From a virus (lineage: Duplodnaviria > Heunggongvirae > Uroviricota > Caudoviricetes), in IMG/VR virus record IMGVR_UViG_3300025009_000058: 55,994 nucleotides of DNA. One strand, written 5' to 3'. The first letter of the stretch is position 1. Each line of letters begins with the position of its first letter. This document shows, in pieces, positions 19,501-30,133 of the stretch. The position numbers and the translations under genes are program-made. Below the pieces are notes generated by a model, which searched no databases, had not been told where the DNA came from, and saw only the letters and a list, made by a program, of their open reading frames with translations.

Positions 19501-20958
19501 TCCTTGAATAACTATTCTAGTCCTATCCCTGAAATTATAAATTGGTGAACTATATACTGGATTACATTCACTAGGTCTTGTATTAAAATAAGGATCATCT
19601 TCAGCATATTCTCTTACATAAATTTGATTATTTACCCATCTATTACCCGTAGTTTCTGGGAAAGTTCTATTATGACCAAAATATGCATGTCTAAACTTAT
19701 TAGCTCCTGGATCTTCAACAGCACCATACCAAGCAGGTAAATAATTTTCAATATATCTATTAGCTATAAAACCTACTTTCTGAGCAAAAGGTATAGCAAT
19801 ATTCTCTGTTTGAGGAAATTTATATATATCTCCAGTAAGATTCTTAATTGATTGTGTCGCAATATCAAAATTTCCTATTCCAGACAATACTGGATTTAGC
19901 CTAAAATTAGTATTCTTATAAGTATGATAAGTATTACCATAAATAGTTTTATAGTCTGCTTGAGACATTGCTGTTAATTTAAAGTAAGGAGGTATAATGT
20001 GATATTTACCAGGATAAATACTATATTTGAAATTATAGTTTGACGATTGAGATTGAGAATCAAATAAAACTGTTATAGATTCTCTGTCTGCTTTAAAGAA
20101 AACAAAATTCACTCCAACTTGACATTCATATTTACCATATTCAACTTTATCATTACTATATACTAATTGTTCTTCTTCAAGAGCAATCCCATAAATAAAA
20201 TTGTCAGTAGCATTAAACCATAATTTTTGTATATAAACAGGTATAGTTCCAGCAGGAATAATTTCACCAATCTTTGAATAAGTACCTGCCAAATCATTAT
20301 AAGCCCATAATTGAGCATTTAAACCCATGTAGAGATTTTCACCTAAAGAATTTATATTAGCTTTACAAAGTACTCTACATTTTAAATCTTCATCTAAAGA
20401 ATTTGATAGTCTTGAAAAGCTGGGAGGCTTTCCAAGAGATGATAAAGTAGGTAAAGCTGTAGGTGTTACAGGTCTTATATCATCTATGATAAAATCTCTT
20501 GGTACTTCACCATTCCTTTTATCATAATAAACAGTCTTTATTAATTCTTCAACTAGAAACTTTACAGGTACATTTCTATACCATTGAAAACCACTTTTAA
20601 CTGAGTCAGCTGGCTCTTCCATTAAGGGTTTTGCTAAATCTTCTAAAGCAATATTTATCTTTGAATCATCAATAGTGGGTTCTTGCATTAAAAAAGTACC
20701 AATATCAACTAATCGGACTGAACCATCAGCTAATGTTACTTCAACTTTTAATGCACATTTACGTTGATAAAATGCTGTATGTGTTTTATTCCAACTTTTA
20801 TTAAAATAAGCTTTATTACCATTTACAGTTAATAATGAATCTGGAAGAGGTTTATTCCAAAAATTGTCAAATCTATCATTCTCATTATATAAATTTCTTA
20901 ACCCCTGAGCAGATAAATCACTATAAGCAGTATTCTTATCTTGTAATTGTTCACTCAT
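16504..20958 (-). CDS. large tail-tip/baseplate hub-like protein
   Basis: 1484 aa, downstream of the tape measure. IGTFLM...IALEDL N-terminal and DSIYRYGKK C-terminal motifs are typical of tail hub proteins; beta-rich insertions. Confidence 0.6.
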   Translation of the reverse strand: MSEQLQDKNTAYSDLSAQGLRNLYNENDRFDNFWNKPLPDSLLTVNGNKAYFNKSWNKTHTAFYQRKCALKVEVTLADGSVRLVDIGTFLMQEPTIDDSKINIALEDLAKPLMEEPADSVKSGFQWYRNVPVKFLVEELIKTVYYDKRNGEVPRDFIIDDIRPVTPTALPTLSSLGKPPSFSRLSNSLDEDLKCRVLCKANINSLGENLYMGLNAQLWAYNDLAGTYSKIGEIIPAGTIPVYIQKLWFNATDNFIYGIALEEEQLVYSNDKVEYGKYECQVGVNFVFFKADRESITVLFDSQSQSSNYNFKYSIYPGKYHIIPPYFKLTAMSQADYKTIYGNTYHTYKNTNFRLNPVLSGIGNFDIATQSIKNLTGDIYKFPQTENIAIPFAQKVGFIANRYIENYLPAWYGAVEDPGANKFRHAYFGHNRTFPETTGNRWVNNQIYVREYAEDDPYFNTRPSECNPVYSSPIYNFRDRTRIVIQGRKTLTETADKYYYAPTEGYSQQAVFIVQTKDFILDNNNPTKGFNRNSAYFEENYDSNCPSIDYYNIDNPFSYLPNQFTAKTFYPGYFSWYEEALLLKDSKLFGVHTRINPEGISWPWLKYTSGQKGSIEYLPTLGISGSFFIQVLDKVSRRSKGNCNFSQADLNTQSFDYNTGEMVPETLRFKYFIYDLALNTFTEVTLSDMVQSYSGVNVPLQITATAVNGTTLFIAGMSFNNQTDTDGVFTSEKHNKTRILKVDFSSSVALPTITVLYESNYSKMLATITDMLYTSNGLIISYYDRKKIVTFAENAYKPSLGTPFGLAKLTNLSVSVDEFSDLNPLYSNHFINGKYQFSRLIKSSIDNYLYYVLIHDRDESTNKMELRRYDLVTETEDRLGFISDITFGDTNILSNLELQELVTGFNTVFGVSTGYLPNYIKKSNSKNYLFKYDKYLSGVVELADFNNLKVWDALSQIARAFNYIMGFDNDKFFFIKRELENEASIFIDLDLDPVISKKKILDVDIKNVITATPMVAKKGDIEWNVTLCSNMLTTQVDDGRTNLDISLRIRQEDDMAHDIVLKTVVVGSVPNVENEYKNIDPTNVSNKYFTNVRFAYLIYNVVFETKLYRDVASNETEIYLPSFFGSNLSDQLSIGDIFVVNYTDTEGNSQQISRMIIDADFSSNIIILEENLGQDFAAYTPVSIFRSNAIKGDDNKTTLSNNTWSDKGVTFISTGVIQRVAGTTYNLSTDIVEFQVASFKNLGIGTVIRISDLNAEYQIYAKKEYVIDNKSTHWIQIIPFNNSILPTIGTDSTLINKSILAYWVPKGPSTSNDSLVEVGGSKIFVGFEYGSTGVFWQNPNGYDYIEIKAPGLQLEANSSLKYTAVNQDSIYRYGKKTEDLPENRFMQRNFIEYATRLMLFQSAFPRLIFEIKNLIQAQNVAGESYNLPFFKIVSTTDSKLTKVTIRSKKYLPNFKDYSTDFYLMSHDFNLKDFSQNIKVKGIDPF

Positions 20959-22616
20959 TATTGTAGGATTCCTTCCATTGCAACTACCTGTTCATTTGCT
21001 TCTGATGAAATAATAGCAGTACTTACTTCTGCAACTAAAGGAGCAAATGAGTATGCAGAAGCCATGATTACTGCAGAAACTCCAGTATTATTTGAAACAT
21101 TTTTAACAACTGGACTATTTGATTCTGCAATTACTCCACCAATAGATATAGGAGGCTTAGGATAGACCCAGGTAATGTCATTACCAAAAACATAAATTGG
21201 ATAACCTGCTCCATTTGTAAGACCTGTACCCTCAATAACATTAATGGATGTAAAATTAACAGCAAGATTCATTCTTACGGGGATCTTAATTCCAAAGGCA
21301 TCTTTTCCAGTTCCACTAGCTGTATGGTTTCCACCAGTTACTACTAATTTACTCTTTTCAATTTCAACATTTCCAACTAATAGGGAAGTATCAATAAAAA
21401 CTCCTATACCATTAGTTGGGTTTGTAGCATGATTTCTTCCTTGAACTATAATGTCTGCATTTGATATTAATAACTTATTAACAGCATGATTTGAATAAAT
21501 TCCAATAGCATCAACATCGATTGCATTATCACTTAGGCATTTTATAGTTAAATTCTGTAACGTAATTGGTAATGTGTTTTGACCTGTTATTTTTACTGCT
21601 TGATTTATGGCTGCAGTGGGAATATGATTTATTATACATCTAGCCTTATCAATACCCACTAAAGAGATAGATGAATTAATTATAATAGATTCAGTATATG
21701 TTCCAGGCTGTATAAGTATTGCACCATCTATTGCTGCGGTTTCAAGATAATCAATTGCATCTTGTATTAATGTAAAATAAGGTGCTTCAAGGTTTGCATA
21801 ATTGGCAGATACATAAGCGACATCACTAGGTATACCATAATTAGCATCTCTCAACTGAGCAATCGCCAGAGAACTAATTTTTTCAAATGTTACTGCTTCA
21901 TTAGCAATTTTATTAGTAGTTACTGCTGCATCAGCAATCTTTGATTCTGTTGTTGATGCATCTCCAAGTTTATTTGTTGTAACAGCCCCATCAGCAATTT
22001 TAGCTTCTGTTACTGCTGCATCAGCAATGTTAGCAGTAGCTAATGCTTCTGCTAATTTATCTGAAGTAATACTATTATCAATAACTTCTAATTCACCTAG
22101 AACATTGAATCCAATTGATGTTGAATCTACTTTAGGACCAAATCCTCCATCATCAAGCATAGTACCATTAAATACATCAGTACCAAGTTTACTTTTAGCT
22201 ACTGATTGATCACCTATTTTAGATGCCTCTATTGCCCCATCAGCTAATTTTGCTGAAGTAACAGCTGCATCAGCAATTTTTGCTGTCCCAACTGCATTTG
22301 CTGCTAGTTTATCAGTAGTAACTGCATTATCAGCAAGCATTGTAGAACTTATATCTCCTGCAGCTGGAGAAAATGTAGGTATTACAGGACCAGCAATAAA
22401 TAATGGACTCAATCCAGATTCAATTATATTATCAAAGAATAGATTATAATCTCCAGCTGGTAAGTCAGAGAAAGTTCTCATACCAGTATTAACACCATAA
22501 GTAGAACCTATATGATCTGTTGGAGTATTATCAAGAGGTCCATATAATTTTACTGTTATTGAATCTGTAATTGGTAAACCCGCATTATCATAAAATTTTG
22601 AAACAGTTAGTCCCAT
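20958..22616 (-). CDS. tail fibre/spike with 10-aa (A/S)VTxxK(I/L)AD repeats and a probable parallel beta-helix domain
   Basis: Two tracts of AVTxAKIAD repeats, then YFTLIQDAID...ILIQPGTYTE.I.I...ISLVG (pectin-lyase-like start motif). Confidence 0.7.
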   Translation of the reverse strand: MGLTVSKFYDNAGLPITDSITVKLYGPLDNTPTDHIGSTYGVNTGMRTFSDLPAGDYNLFFDNIIESGLSPLFIAGPVIPTFSPAAGDISSTMLADNAVTTDKLAANAVGTAKIADAAVTSAKLADGAIEASKIGDQSVAKSKLGTDVFNGTMLDDGGFGPKVDSTSIGFNVLGELEVIDNSITSDKLAEALATANIADAAVTEAKIADGAVTTNKLGDASTTESKIADAAVTTNKIANEAVTFEKISSLAIAQLRDANYGIPSDVAYVSANYANLEAPYFTLIQDAIDYLETAAIDGAILIQPGTYTESIIINSSISLVGIDKARCIINHIPTAAINQAVKITGQNTLPITLQNLTIKCLSDNAIDVDAIGIYSNHAVNKLLISNADIIVQGRNHATNPTNGIGVFIDTSLLVGNVEIEKSKLVVTGGNHTASGTGKDAFGIKIPVRMNLAVNFTSINVIEGTGLTNGAGYPIYVFGNDITWVYPKPPISIGGVIAESNSPVVKNVSNNTGVSAVIMASAYSFAPLVAEVSTAIISSEANEQVVAMEGILQ

Positions 22617-23596
22617 TATGACCTCAAAGTAATATCATTTGATTTTATAAAAAATTCACCTTTAATCGTTTCTATTGCTTTAGAGATTGAACCTGCATCT
22701 ATAAATAGATTTTTTCCTCTTAATTCAAACTCATCGCTTAAATCTACTAATTCACTATCTCTAGGTAAAGGATACCTCATAGTGTATTGATAATCCATCA
22801 TAGCACTAGTTACATTATTGTTTATATGCAAAGTAATGTAAGAAATTTCCCCAAAATAATTCTCTCCAAATTTCAATATGATATTAGTAAATGAGAGTGG
22901 ATTTAAGCTAATTGATAAAGTATCAACAAATGCTGAACCATTGACGAGTATTGACAGATTAGTATCTATCAAAAGTTGTATATTATTATAAGCATTTGGT
23001 ATGATTGTGTCAGAATAGATTTTATTATACTTAACCCCAGCTTGATAATAGGTTAAACCAAAATTTAGAAGGCCACCATTCTCGATAAGATTGATTGAAA
23101 ATATGGTAGGTTGCTTAGCAGTTTGACCAGATATTTGAAATAATGAAGAAGTATTACCAATTCCTAATAGTTCAGGCTTAAACCATAGATTTATTAAAGT
23201 CTTTGAACCATCTATAAAATTAGGAATAGTGCTTGAAACTAAAAAGGATTTACTTTTACCAATAAACTTTATCCCATCAGTAGTTTCTTTTACATTTGAA
23301 CTTGTTAAATTAATATGGAAAGCATGATTACCACTATCAATAACTGCAGCACCAGCAATCTTTTTCATATCCCATATGAAATTAGGTTTTATAAGATTAT
23401 CAAGAGTCCAATCTCCACCATCATCTTCAATATAAAATTTTAATCTAAGTTTTGTAATTTTATCCCCAGTTGCATTAAAAAGTTCTGCAGATTGATGTAC
23501 ACTTGTCAACCTGTCTCTTTTTGGTGATGATAAATCTCCTTCAAGAATTTGACTTATAGCTTCTTTAAATTGACTAATTGAAACAAAGTTACTCAT
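22616..23596 (-). CDS. minor tail protein with LamG/ConA-like domain
   Basis: TLINLWFKPE motif and beta-sandwich pattern; tail-tip position. Confidence 0.5.
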   Translation of the reverse strand: MSNFVSISQFKEAISQILEGDLSSPKRDRLTSVHQSAELFNATGDKITKLRLKFYIEDDGGDWTLDNLIKPNFIWDMKKIAGAAVIDSGNHAFHINLTSSNVKETTDGIKFIGKSKSFLVSSTIPNFIDGSKTLINLWFKPELLGIGNTSSLFQISGQTAKQPTIFSINLIENGGLLNFGLTYYQAGVKYNKIYSDTIIPNAYNNIQLLIDTNLSILVNGSAFVDTLSISLNPLSFTNIILKFGENYFGEISYITLHINNNVTSAMMDYQYTMRYPLPRDSELVDLSDEFELRGKNLFIDAGSISKAIETIKGEFFIKSNDITLRS

Positions 23597-25104
23597 TAAA
23601 TAATCTCTTCAAATGAGAGTAAGAAACTTCTTAACGTTAAATCCCAGGAACCTTTAGAATAATTCTTAATTGTTAATTTTCCTGTTAATACATTACCAAT
23701 ATCTTTAATATATGGATGTAAATTCAAAAGATAGCCTCGATCTTGCCATTCTAATAGAGTTTGTAATTGGTCCCAAAACTCTTGAGTACAGTAATCTATT
23801 TGACATTCAATATTTAAAAGTTTTCTTCCATGAATCTCTGAATTTTCACTTCTTGGGTTTATTTGGATAGTTCCTTGTTCTGGCCAAACATTATATCTTG
23901 AGAATTTTAAACAACCATCAACATCTGCGTAATTAACTCCACCAGCATGTTCAGCCCAGAGTTCATCAATATATAAATTGACATCTCCACTATACGCTGA
24001 AGTTATCTTATTATCAAGCCATAAACCAAGATGAGGAAATGATGCATTTGATATACCAGAAGCTAATAAACCCACTTGACTAAACTCAAACCATTGATTA
24101 GTATTTATAGCTAAGCTGTCTAGTATATCTACTGAAATAGTTTCTGTTGAATTATCTCTAAGGGTATCACTTGGTTGAAGTACAAGTTTAATATTATAAT
24201 CATCATTATAAATTTTGTTAGTAGCTACTGCATCTACAAATACCTTACCACCAATTCTATAAAATTGATATGGTATTAATAATGATTTTCTACGCTTATT
24301 ATTAGTAGATTCATCACCATAATCAATTAAGCTTTGCTTAAATATCGTAGAATCAAGTGTAACATCATTTTTATCAAGATGGATAGTAAGCATTTGAGCA
24401 TAAGATTTTCGCCACCCTCCTCTGTGATATTGACCTAATAAAACATTTACTGCTCCACTTAATCCATCAGGGTTATTAATTGCAATCTTAAACTTATTAA
24501 TACCAGAATCTAAATATAAAGGTGTTTGTATATATTCAAGTTGTGTAGATAATAAATCTAAAGCAAACCCATATTCTGTGGTATGCTGTGTAAGCGTCAA
24601 TAATCCATTTAATCCAGCATTTGTTCCTGTTTTAACATAGGTACCTGCACCAATACCGGCAGTAAAACTTTTAGTAAGTTGCCTAGATACAGGCCCATTC
24701 TTTATACCACCAGCTTTTACCCATGCTTGTGAAGCCAATGGAATTTCCCATCCTGCTGCAAGACCTGTACAATAAGCAGATATTGAATCGCCATCTGCAA
24801 ATAAAACTTGATTATTTTTATCTCTAAGCACAATAAGGTTATTTACTTTATCAATTCCTGCTACAATCAGATGTTCAACATCTTTAGTAGAGTTTGAAAC
24901 TATTGAAATTTCATCTCCATATTGTAAATGATTATGGATCTCTGCTCCATCTAAATGCGTATTATCATAAGTTATGGTAGGTTGATTAACTGGTACAGTC
25001 GCATCATTAACTAACAAAGACTTATATTGACCTTTTGTGAACTTATTATTCTTCAAAGGAAGTGATATTGCCAATTCCCAAGAGTTTCCTTGTTGGTATG
25101 CCAT
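23596..25104 (-). CDS. minor tail (distal-tail-like) protein
   Basis: First gene after the tape measure; beta-rich; TAATG coupling. Confidence 0.5.
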   Translation of the reverse strand: MAYQQGNSWELAISLPLKNNKFTKGQYKSLLVNDATVPVNQPTITYDNTHLDGAEIHNHLQYGDEISIVSNSTKDVEHLIVAGIDKVNNLIVLRDKNNQVLFADGDSISAYCTGLAAGWEIPLASQAWVKAGGIKNGPVSRQLTKSFTAGIGAGTYVKTGTNAGLNGLLTLTQHTTEYGFALDLLSTQLEYIQTPLYLDSGINKFKIAINNPDGLSGAVNVLLGQYHRGGWRKSYAQMLTIHLDKNDVTLDSTIFKQSLIDYGDESTNNKRRKSLLIPYQFYRIGGKVFVDAVATNKIYNDDYNIKLVLQPSDTLRDNSTETISVDILDSLAINTNQWFEFSQVGLLASGISNASFPHLGLWLDNKITSAYSGDVNLYIDELWAEHAGGVNYADVDGCLKFSRYNVWPEQGTIQINPRSENSEIHGRKLLNIECQIDYCTQEFWDQLQTLLEWQDRGYLLNLHPYIKDIGNVLTGKLTIKNYSKGSWDLTLRSFLLSFEEII

Positions 25105-25105
25105 T

Positions 25106-28100
25106 TTATCCTCTTGCTAAACTTAAATCAAATTCCTTGTTATCTATGGCTTGCTGTACTGCCTTTTTCAATAATTCAGTTGATTCATCTACAAACTCAA
25201 CAATTGAACCAGACCCAATAAATACTTGTTGACCCTCAATAATAAAAGTCGGAGAGATCTCAATTTTTACTTCTTCAGCTTTTATTGTTCCACCAAACTT
25301 ACTTAATTGATTTGCATTTGTTTGAGTAAAATCAGGCATCTCAGGTTCTTTATTACTCCCAAAGATAGCATCTCCTATGAATCCTAATGCCAAGCCGATT
25401 CCTGCATAAGGTAATGCACTAGTTAATCCTGTTAATAAAGTAGTACCAATTGAAGCATTTGCTGTTAATTCTTTAACTGCTTTTTCAGCAGCATTTTTAC
25501 CTAGCTCAGTAACTATATCAGCTATTGTTTGAGTCATGCCTTTTCCAATAGAGTTAAAAGCTTGAGTCCAAACATTACGAGTTCTTTCTGCATAATATGA
25601 ATGAAGTTGAGTAGTTCTGTCAAGGTATTGAGCTTGTGAAATTTCTCCTCTTAATAATAAGGTTTCTTGTTCTTTAAGCATATCAGCTTTTTCTTTATCA
25701 AAACCTTGATTAACTTCAACAAATGCTTGACCTATTTGAGCACCAAAACTATAAGCAGCTTGAATCATATTACCAGCAAAATTGCTTATATCTGTCATTC
25801 TTTTCTGAACTAGTTCTTGTTCTTTTTGTGCAGCATATTGAATTATTTGTGCATAATTCATATAATAACTACTAGCATTAGCTATAAGAGCATTATATTT
25901 TAAATCGATTTGAGCCATTCCTTGAGCATCAAGTCCAAACATAGTTTCAATAATAGAACCAGAACCAATTGATTGAATATTAGTTTGATTTACTAGATCA
26001 TTAGTAATGTTTTTTAATGCATTAAACTTTTGTTTAGCTAATTCTACTAAATTTCTTGAAGCTTCATTTGCAGATGCCTGGTCTTGCATAAACCAAGCTT
26101 GAGCCAATTTACCACTAAAATTAATCCATGCATCACCATATGCTTCTAGTTCTGTTGCTTGAGTTGAACTTAGACCTAATCCTAAAGCTTTACTTGATTT
26201 TTCATTCTGCATCTTCATAATATCAGCAGAATTACGTAATTGTATAAATTCATTGGTTCTTGCTGTTTCAATTTCATTCTTTAACATTTTATCATTAAAT
26301 TCTTTTTTAGCTTCATATGCATCTTTAGCATTCTTAACATGTAAATTATACAAAGCTAAACCATGTTGTTTTATATATGCATCTGCATAAGCTTGATCAG
26401 CTATACCATCCATTGTTAATTTATGATTAAAGTCTAAAACATCATTTATAACATTATACTTATTCTTGAGGTCGGTGATAGCTTGATTATGATTATTAAC
26501 ATATTCTGAATTAGTCAAAATAGTTTGACTTAATGTAGCAATTTTTGAGTTAAGCGTTGAAGTAGCTTCAGTAGTATCCCTAATTTGTATTAGTGCATTG
26601 GCATATTGTTTTGGAAGTGTGTCTTCTACTGCTTTTGCCTGACTTTCCAATGCTCCAATTTTATTACTTAAAGCCTGTTGTACAGAACCCATGAATGATT
26701 TAGCTTCTTTAACACGTTCTTCAGTTAATTTTTTGGTAGAACCAGATAATAATGCTCTTGAGAGTTCTTCATATGCTTGACCCCCTTCTTTTAATAATTT
26801 ATCTAAAGATTCTTTAAATTTTTTGAAGTCAAGATTATTTACTTCATCTGGTACAACTAATTTATTTAAGGCTTTACTTACATTAGCTCTTGACTGATTA
26901 AAAGTATTTAATACAGTTTCAAGCATTGAAGCATCAAAATCTCCTTGCATAATTGATTCTTTATTTTTTGTCCAGAAATTAGCAAGATCTTGTTCATTTA
27001 ATAATCTTTCCTTATTTAAATTAACTAAAGATTTATATGAATCATAAAACTTATTATCTTTATTCTCTATAGCAGACTTACCTTTATCAAGATTCATTAA
27101 TTGATATTGGCCAGTGCTTCTACTGGTATTTCGTGCTTTCACGTCTGCTGCAATAATATTTTTCAATAATCTATCATATCTTTTTGATTGGTTGTCAGCT
27201 TCAGCTAAAATTCCTTCAATATAGGTATCAATATTTCTAGCAGAAGTATGTCCTGCAGATATAGATGTTCTTGAACTTATCCCCATTGAAAGAATAGCAT
27301 CACCAGTTGCAAACTTTTGACCTTCTAATTCTAATTTAAGTGCTCTTTGTTGGTCTCTTATAGCATCAAGTTGTTCTTTACTAGCTGTAACTAATAAAGC
27401 CATTTCTTTAGACTGTGAATTAAATATACCTTTAGTTCTTTCATTTAAGGCATTCTTTTTTATTTCAGTGATTTGCTTTTCTGAATCTATGATATATTTA
27501 CGTTTTTCTAATTCAAAAGATTTAGTATTTGAAAGCATTAATGCATCATAATATGAAGCATCTTTTGATATCCCTAATAGAGTAGTAACGACATCATCAC
27601 CAATCTTTTCATTTAAGATTGGGTATTGAGAAGCCCACTTAATAATGTTATCATTAAAAGATGATACTTGATTAGCTGCATTTCCAATAGTACTGTTAAT
27701 TTTACCACCAGCTGAAGCAAAAAATTCTCCAGCATCAGTTAATGTGCCTGAAATATTATCATATGCATCATTTGCATATGTATTTAATTCACTAAATTGA
27801 GTTTTCAAATTATCAAGGTAATTTTTAAACTCATCATAAGACATTTCAATACCTGTTAATGGATTAATAGCAGAATCTTTACCTGAATGAGCCATTCTTT
27901 GCATTTCAAATTTTATATCATCCATATCAGTTAATAATGACTTCATTTTTATTTCTGTTTCTTGTATGGTATTACCTTGAGCAGTATAAAAATTCTCATA
28001 TCCTGAACCATTTCCAAATGCTTGATTTAATGACGTTACTTTATTAATTAATAAATCATAAGATCTGCTAAGACCAGTTAATGCTTTAATTTCAATATCA

Positions 28101-30133
28101 ATGTCAGTAAGTCTCTGTTCTCTCTTTTTTGCTTCCTCATTTGAAGCTCCAACTAATTGTTTGAACAAATCTATTAAAGTCATTACTATTGTATAATACA
28201 TCATAAATTGACCAAAAACCGCCATAATTGTCATACCCATAGCCATAACAGATTTTCCAAAAGCTAAAGCAGCTGTACCAGCAGTACCAAAACCAAGTTT
28301 TAAGCTTTCAAGTGTAAGTTTACCAGAAAGTAAATCTGCTTTCATTGATGCCATAGAAATTTTTGCAGAAGTTGCTATATCTTTAAACCATTGTTTCTGT
28401 ATACCAATCTTGCCTAATAATCCAGCTATATTATAAGCACCTGCTCCTGAACTAGCTTCAGCAACTAAAGTAGGTGAAGCTCCCTTTTTATTAAATAGTG
28501 AATCCTTTGACAAATTAGCATTTGCATCTCTTACTAAAAAAGATCCTGTCGAAATAGTATTTTTTCCAACTTTTACTTCACTATTAGTTTTATAAATATT
28601 AAAGCCTCTTATGGTTAGATCATTTATAAGTTGTTTATATTTAATATTTTTTTCAAGTTGAGCTCCTTCTGATGCTAATAAAAGATTTATTTCTTTCTGA
28701 GCATTTTTTTGTATCAAATCATTTAAATTACCAGTTTTTTCAAGTTCAATAATCTTACCCTTCATTTTTGCTTCAAACTGTGCAGATTGTATTATAGTTT
28801 TTTTAGCATTTGATTCCTGATTCAATCCCTTATCAGTAGCTAATATAGCTGAACTAGCTAATCTTTTACTAGAATTATCAATAACTCCTTGAAGCTGTCC
28901 TTGTTTGAATTTAATTAAAAATCCTTGTGCGTAAGAATTCATTTTTAATAATAAACCACTCATCAGTGTCATTTTTACAATTGAATTGTCAAAAATAGAA
29001 GATAATGGTGATAAAAATCTTGGAATAGCCATAAAATTATCAGCTATTTTAGGTAAAATTATCATTAATTCCTTAAAGTAAGAAGTTAATAAAGCGGTTA
29101 ACTTCATAAAACCTTCATCATTACCAGCTTTTGAAAGACCACCAGTTAAAGCTTCTAAACCAGCCATTATATTAGGAGCAGCCATATCTCCTAAATTTCT
29201 AGAAGTTTTTAAAATTTCAACATTAAGCTTATTTAGTCGTCCTTGATATGAAAACATTGATTTTTCAGCATTACCAGCAAATAATTCTGCTTCTTGCATA
29301 ATTCCAGAAACCATTGCTTGACGTTTCTCATGCTCTGTTAATGCTCCAATGGTTTTACCAATAGAAGCTGCATATTCTTTATACATGATTGATACGTTTT
29401 TAGTAATACCAGCATTATCAATCATAATTGAATTTTGATTTTTAATACCTTGAGTAGCACCAACAACTGCTTCTTCCATAGACAAAGTACCTTGTCTATT
29501 AAATGCAGCAGCATCTGTTAAAGCGCCCATTACACCTTGAACTTCCATCAATGTCATTTTAGTTGCTGCTAAGTTCTTTTGTGCAGCGCTTGAGCCTGTA
29601 ATAGACATTATACCAGAATTTTCAAGAATAACTGATGATTCTCTTAATCTATCAAAAGAAAGGCCTGTTGATATAGCAACAGCTTTTAATCCAATCATTG
29701 CAGATTCATTCTGTAAAACAGTTTGAAACATTGTCTTGAATGCACTAACAACAGCAGTAGTTGCAAATGAAACAAGTAATAAAGTATTTCTAAGTTTTCC
29801 TACTTCATGTCTTAAGCCTGTAGTTGAACCCCTCATTTCACCTTGACTTATTTCAAAAGAATCAAACTCTTTACCAATGCCACCAGATGAACCACCTAGA
29901 AATGCTCCACCACTCATTTGTTTTGAAAACCTTTTACCATAACTAGACATTCTATCAAATGATTGTTTGATTCTCCTCTCTGTTTTTCTTAATTCTACTT
30001 CTACATTAACACCAAGTTGTTTAAAAGTAGAACCAAACTTTCTTTCAAAATCATCAACAGCTTTCATTGCATTACTAGCATTGCCATGAAACTCAACAAT
30101 CATTCTAAGCTTTCTTTCTTGATTAGCACTCAT
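25106..30133 (-). CDS. tape measure protein
   Basis: 1675 aa, helical. Contains AAAFNRQG.LS..EAV..ATQGIKNQNS.M.DNAG.TKN...YKEYA.SIG...LT..EKRQA; follows the G/T chaperones. Confidence 0.9.
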   Translation of the reverse strand: MSANQERKLRMIVEFHGNASNAMKAVDDFERKFGSTFKQLGVNVEVELRKTERRIKQSFDRMSSYGKRFSKQMSGGAFLGGSSGGIGKEFDSFEISQGEMRGSTTGLRHEVGKLRNTLLLVSFATTAVVSAFKTMFQTVLQNESAMIGLKAVAISTGLSFDRLRESSVILENSGIMSITGSSAAQKNLAATKMTLMEVQGVMGALTDAAAFNRQGTLSMEEAVVGATQGIKNQNSIMIDNAGITKNVSIMYKEYAASIGKTIGALTEHEKRQAMVSGIMQEAELFAGNAEKSMFSYQGRLNKLNVEILKTSRNLGDMAAPNIMAGLEALTGGLSKAGNDEGFMKLTALLTSYFKELMIILPKIADNFMAIPRFLSPLSSIFDNSIVKMTLMSGLLLKMNSYAQGFLIKFKQGQLQGVIDNSSKRLASSAILATDKGLNQESNAKKTIIQSAQFEAKMKGKIIELEKTGNLNDLIQKNAQKEINLLLASEGAQLEKNIKYKQLINDLTIRGFNIYKTNSEVKVGKNTISTGSFLVRDANANLSKDSLFNKKGASPTLVAEASSGAGAYNIAGLLGKIGIQKQWFKDIATSAKISMASMKADLLSGKLTLESLKLGFGTAGTAALAFGKSVMAMGMTIMAVFGQFMMYYTIVMTLIDLFKQLVGASNEEAKKREQRLTDIDIEIKALTGLSRSYDLLINKVTSLNQAFGNGSGYENFYTAQGNTIQETEIKMKSLLTDMDDIKFEMQRMAHSGKDSAINPLTGIEMSYDEFKNYLDNLKTQFSELNTYANDAYDNISGTLTDAGEFFASAGGKINSTIGNAANQVSSFNDNIIKWASQYPILNEKIGDDVVTTLLGISKDASYYDALMLSNTKSFELEKRKYIIDSEKQITEIKKNALNERTKGIFNSQSKEMALLVTASKEQLDAIRDQQRALKLELEGQKFATGDAILSMGISSRTSISAGHTSARNIDTYIEGILAEADNQSKRYDRLLKNIIAADVKARNTSRSTGQYQLMNLDKGKSAIENKDNKFYDSYKSLVNLNKERLLNEQDLANFWTKNKESIMQGDFDASMLETVLNTFNQSRANVSKALNKLVVPDEVNNLDFKKFKESLDKLLKEGGQAYEELSRALLSGSTKKLTEERVKEAKSFMGSVQQALSNKIGALESQAKAVEDTLPKQYANALIQIRDTTEATSTLNSKIATLSQTILTNSEYVNNHNQAITDLKNKYNVINDVLDFNHKLTMDGIADQAYADAYIKQHGLALYNLHVKNAKDAYEAKKEFNDKMLKNEIETARTNEFIQLRNSADIMKMQNEKSSKALGLGLSSTQATELEAYGDAWINFSGKLAQAWFMQDQASANEASRNLVELAKQKFNALKNITNDLVNQTNIQSIGSGSIIETMFGLDAQGMAQIDLKYNALIANASSYYMNYAQIIQYAAQKEQELVQKRMTDISNFAGNMIQAAYSFGAQIGQAFVEVNQGFDKEKADMLKEQETLLLRGEISQAQYLDRTTQLHSYYAERTRNVWTQAFNSIGKGMTQTIADIVTELGKNAAEKAVKELTANASIGTTLLTGLTSALPYAGIGLALGFIGDAIFGSNKEPEMPDFTQTNANQLSKFGGTIKAEEVKIEISPTFIIEGQQVFIGSGSIVEFVDESTELLKKAVQQAIDNKEFDLSLARG

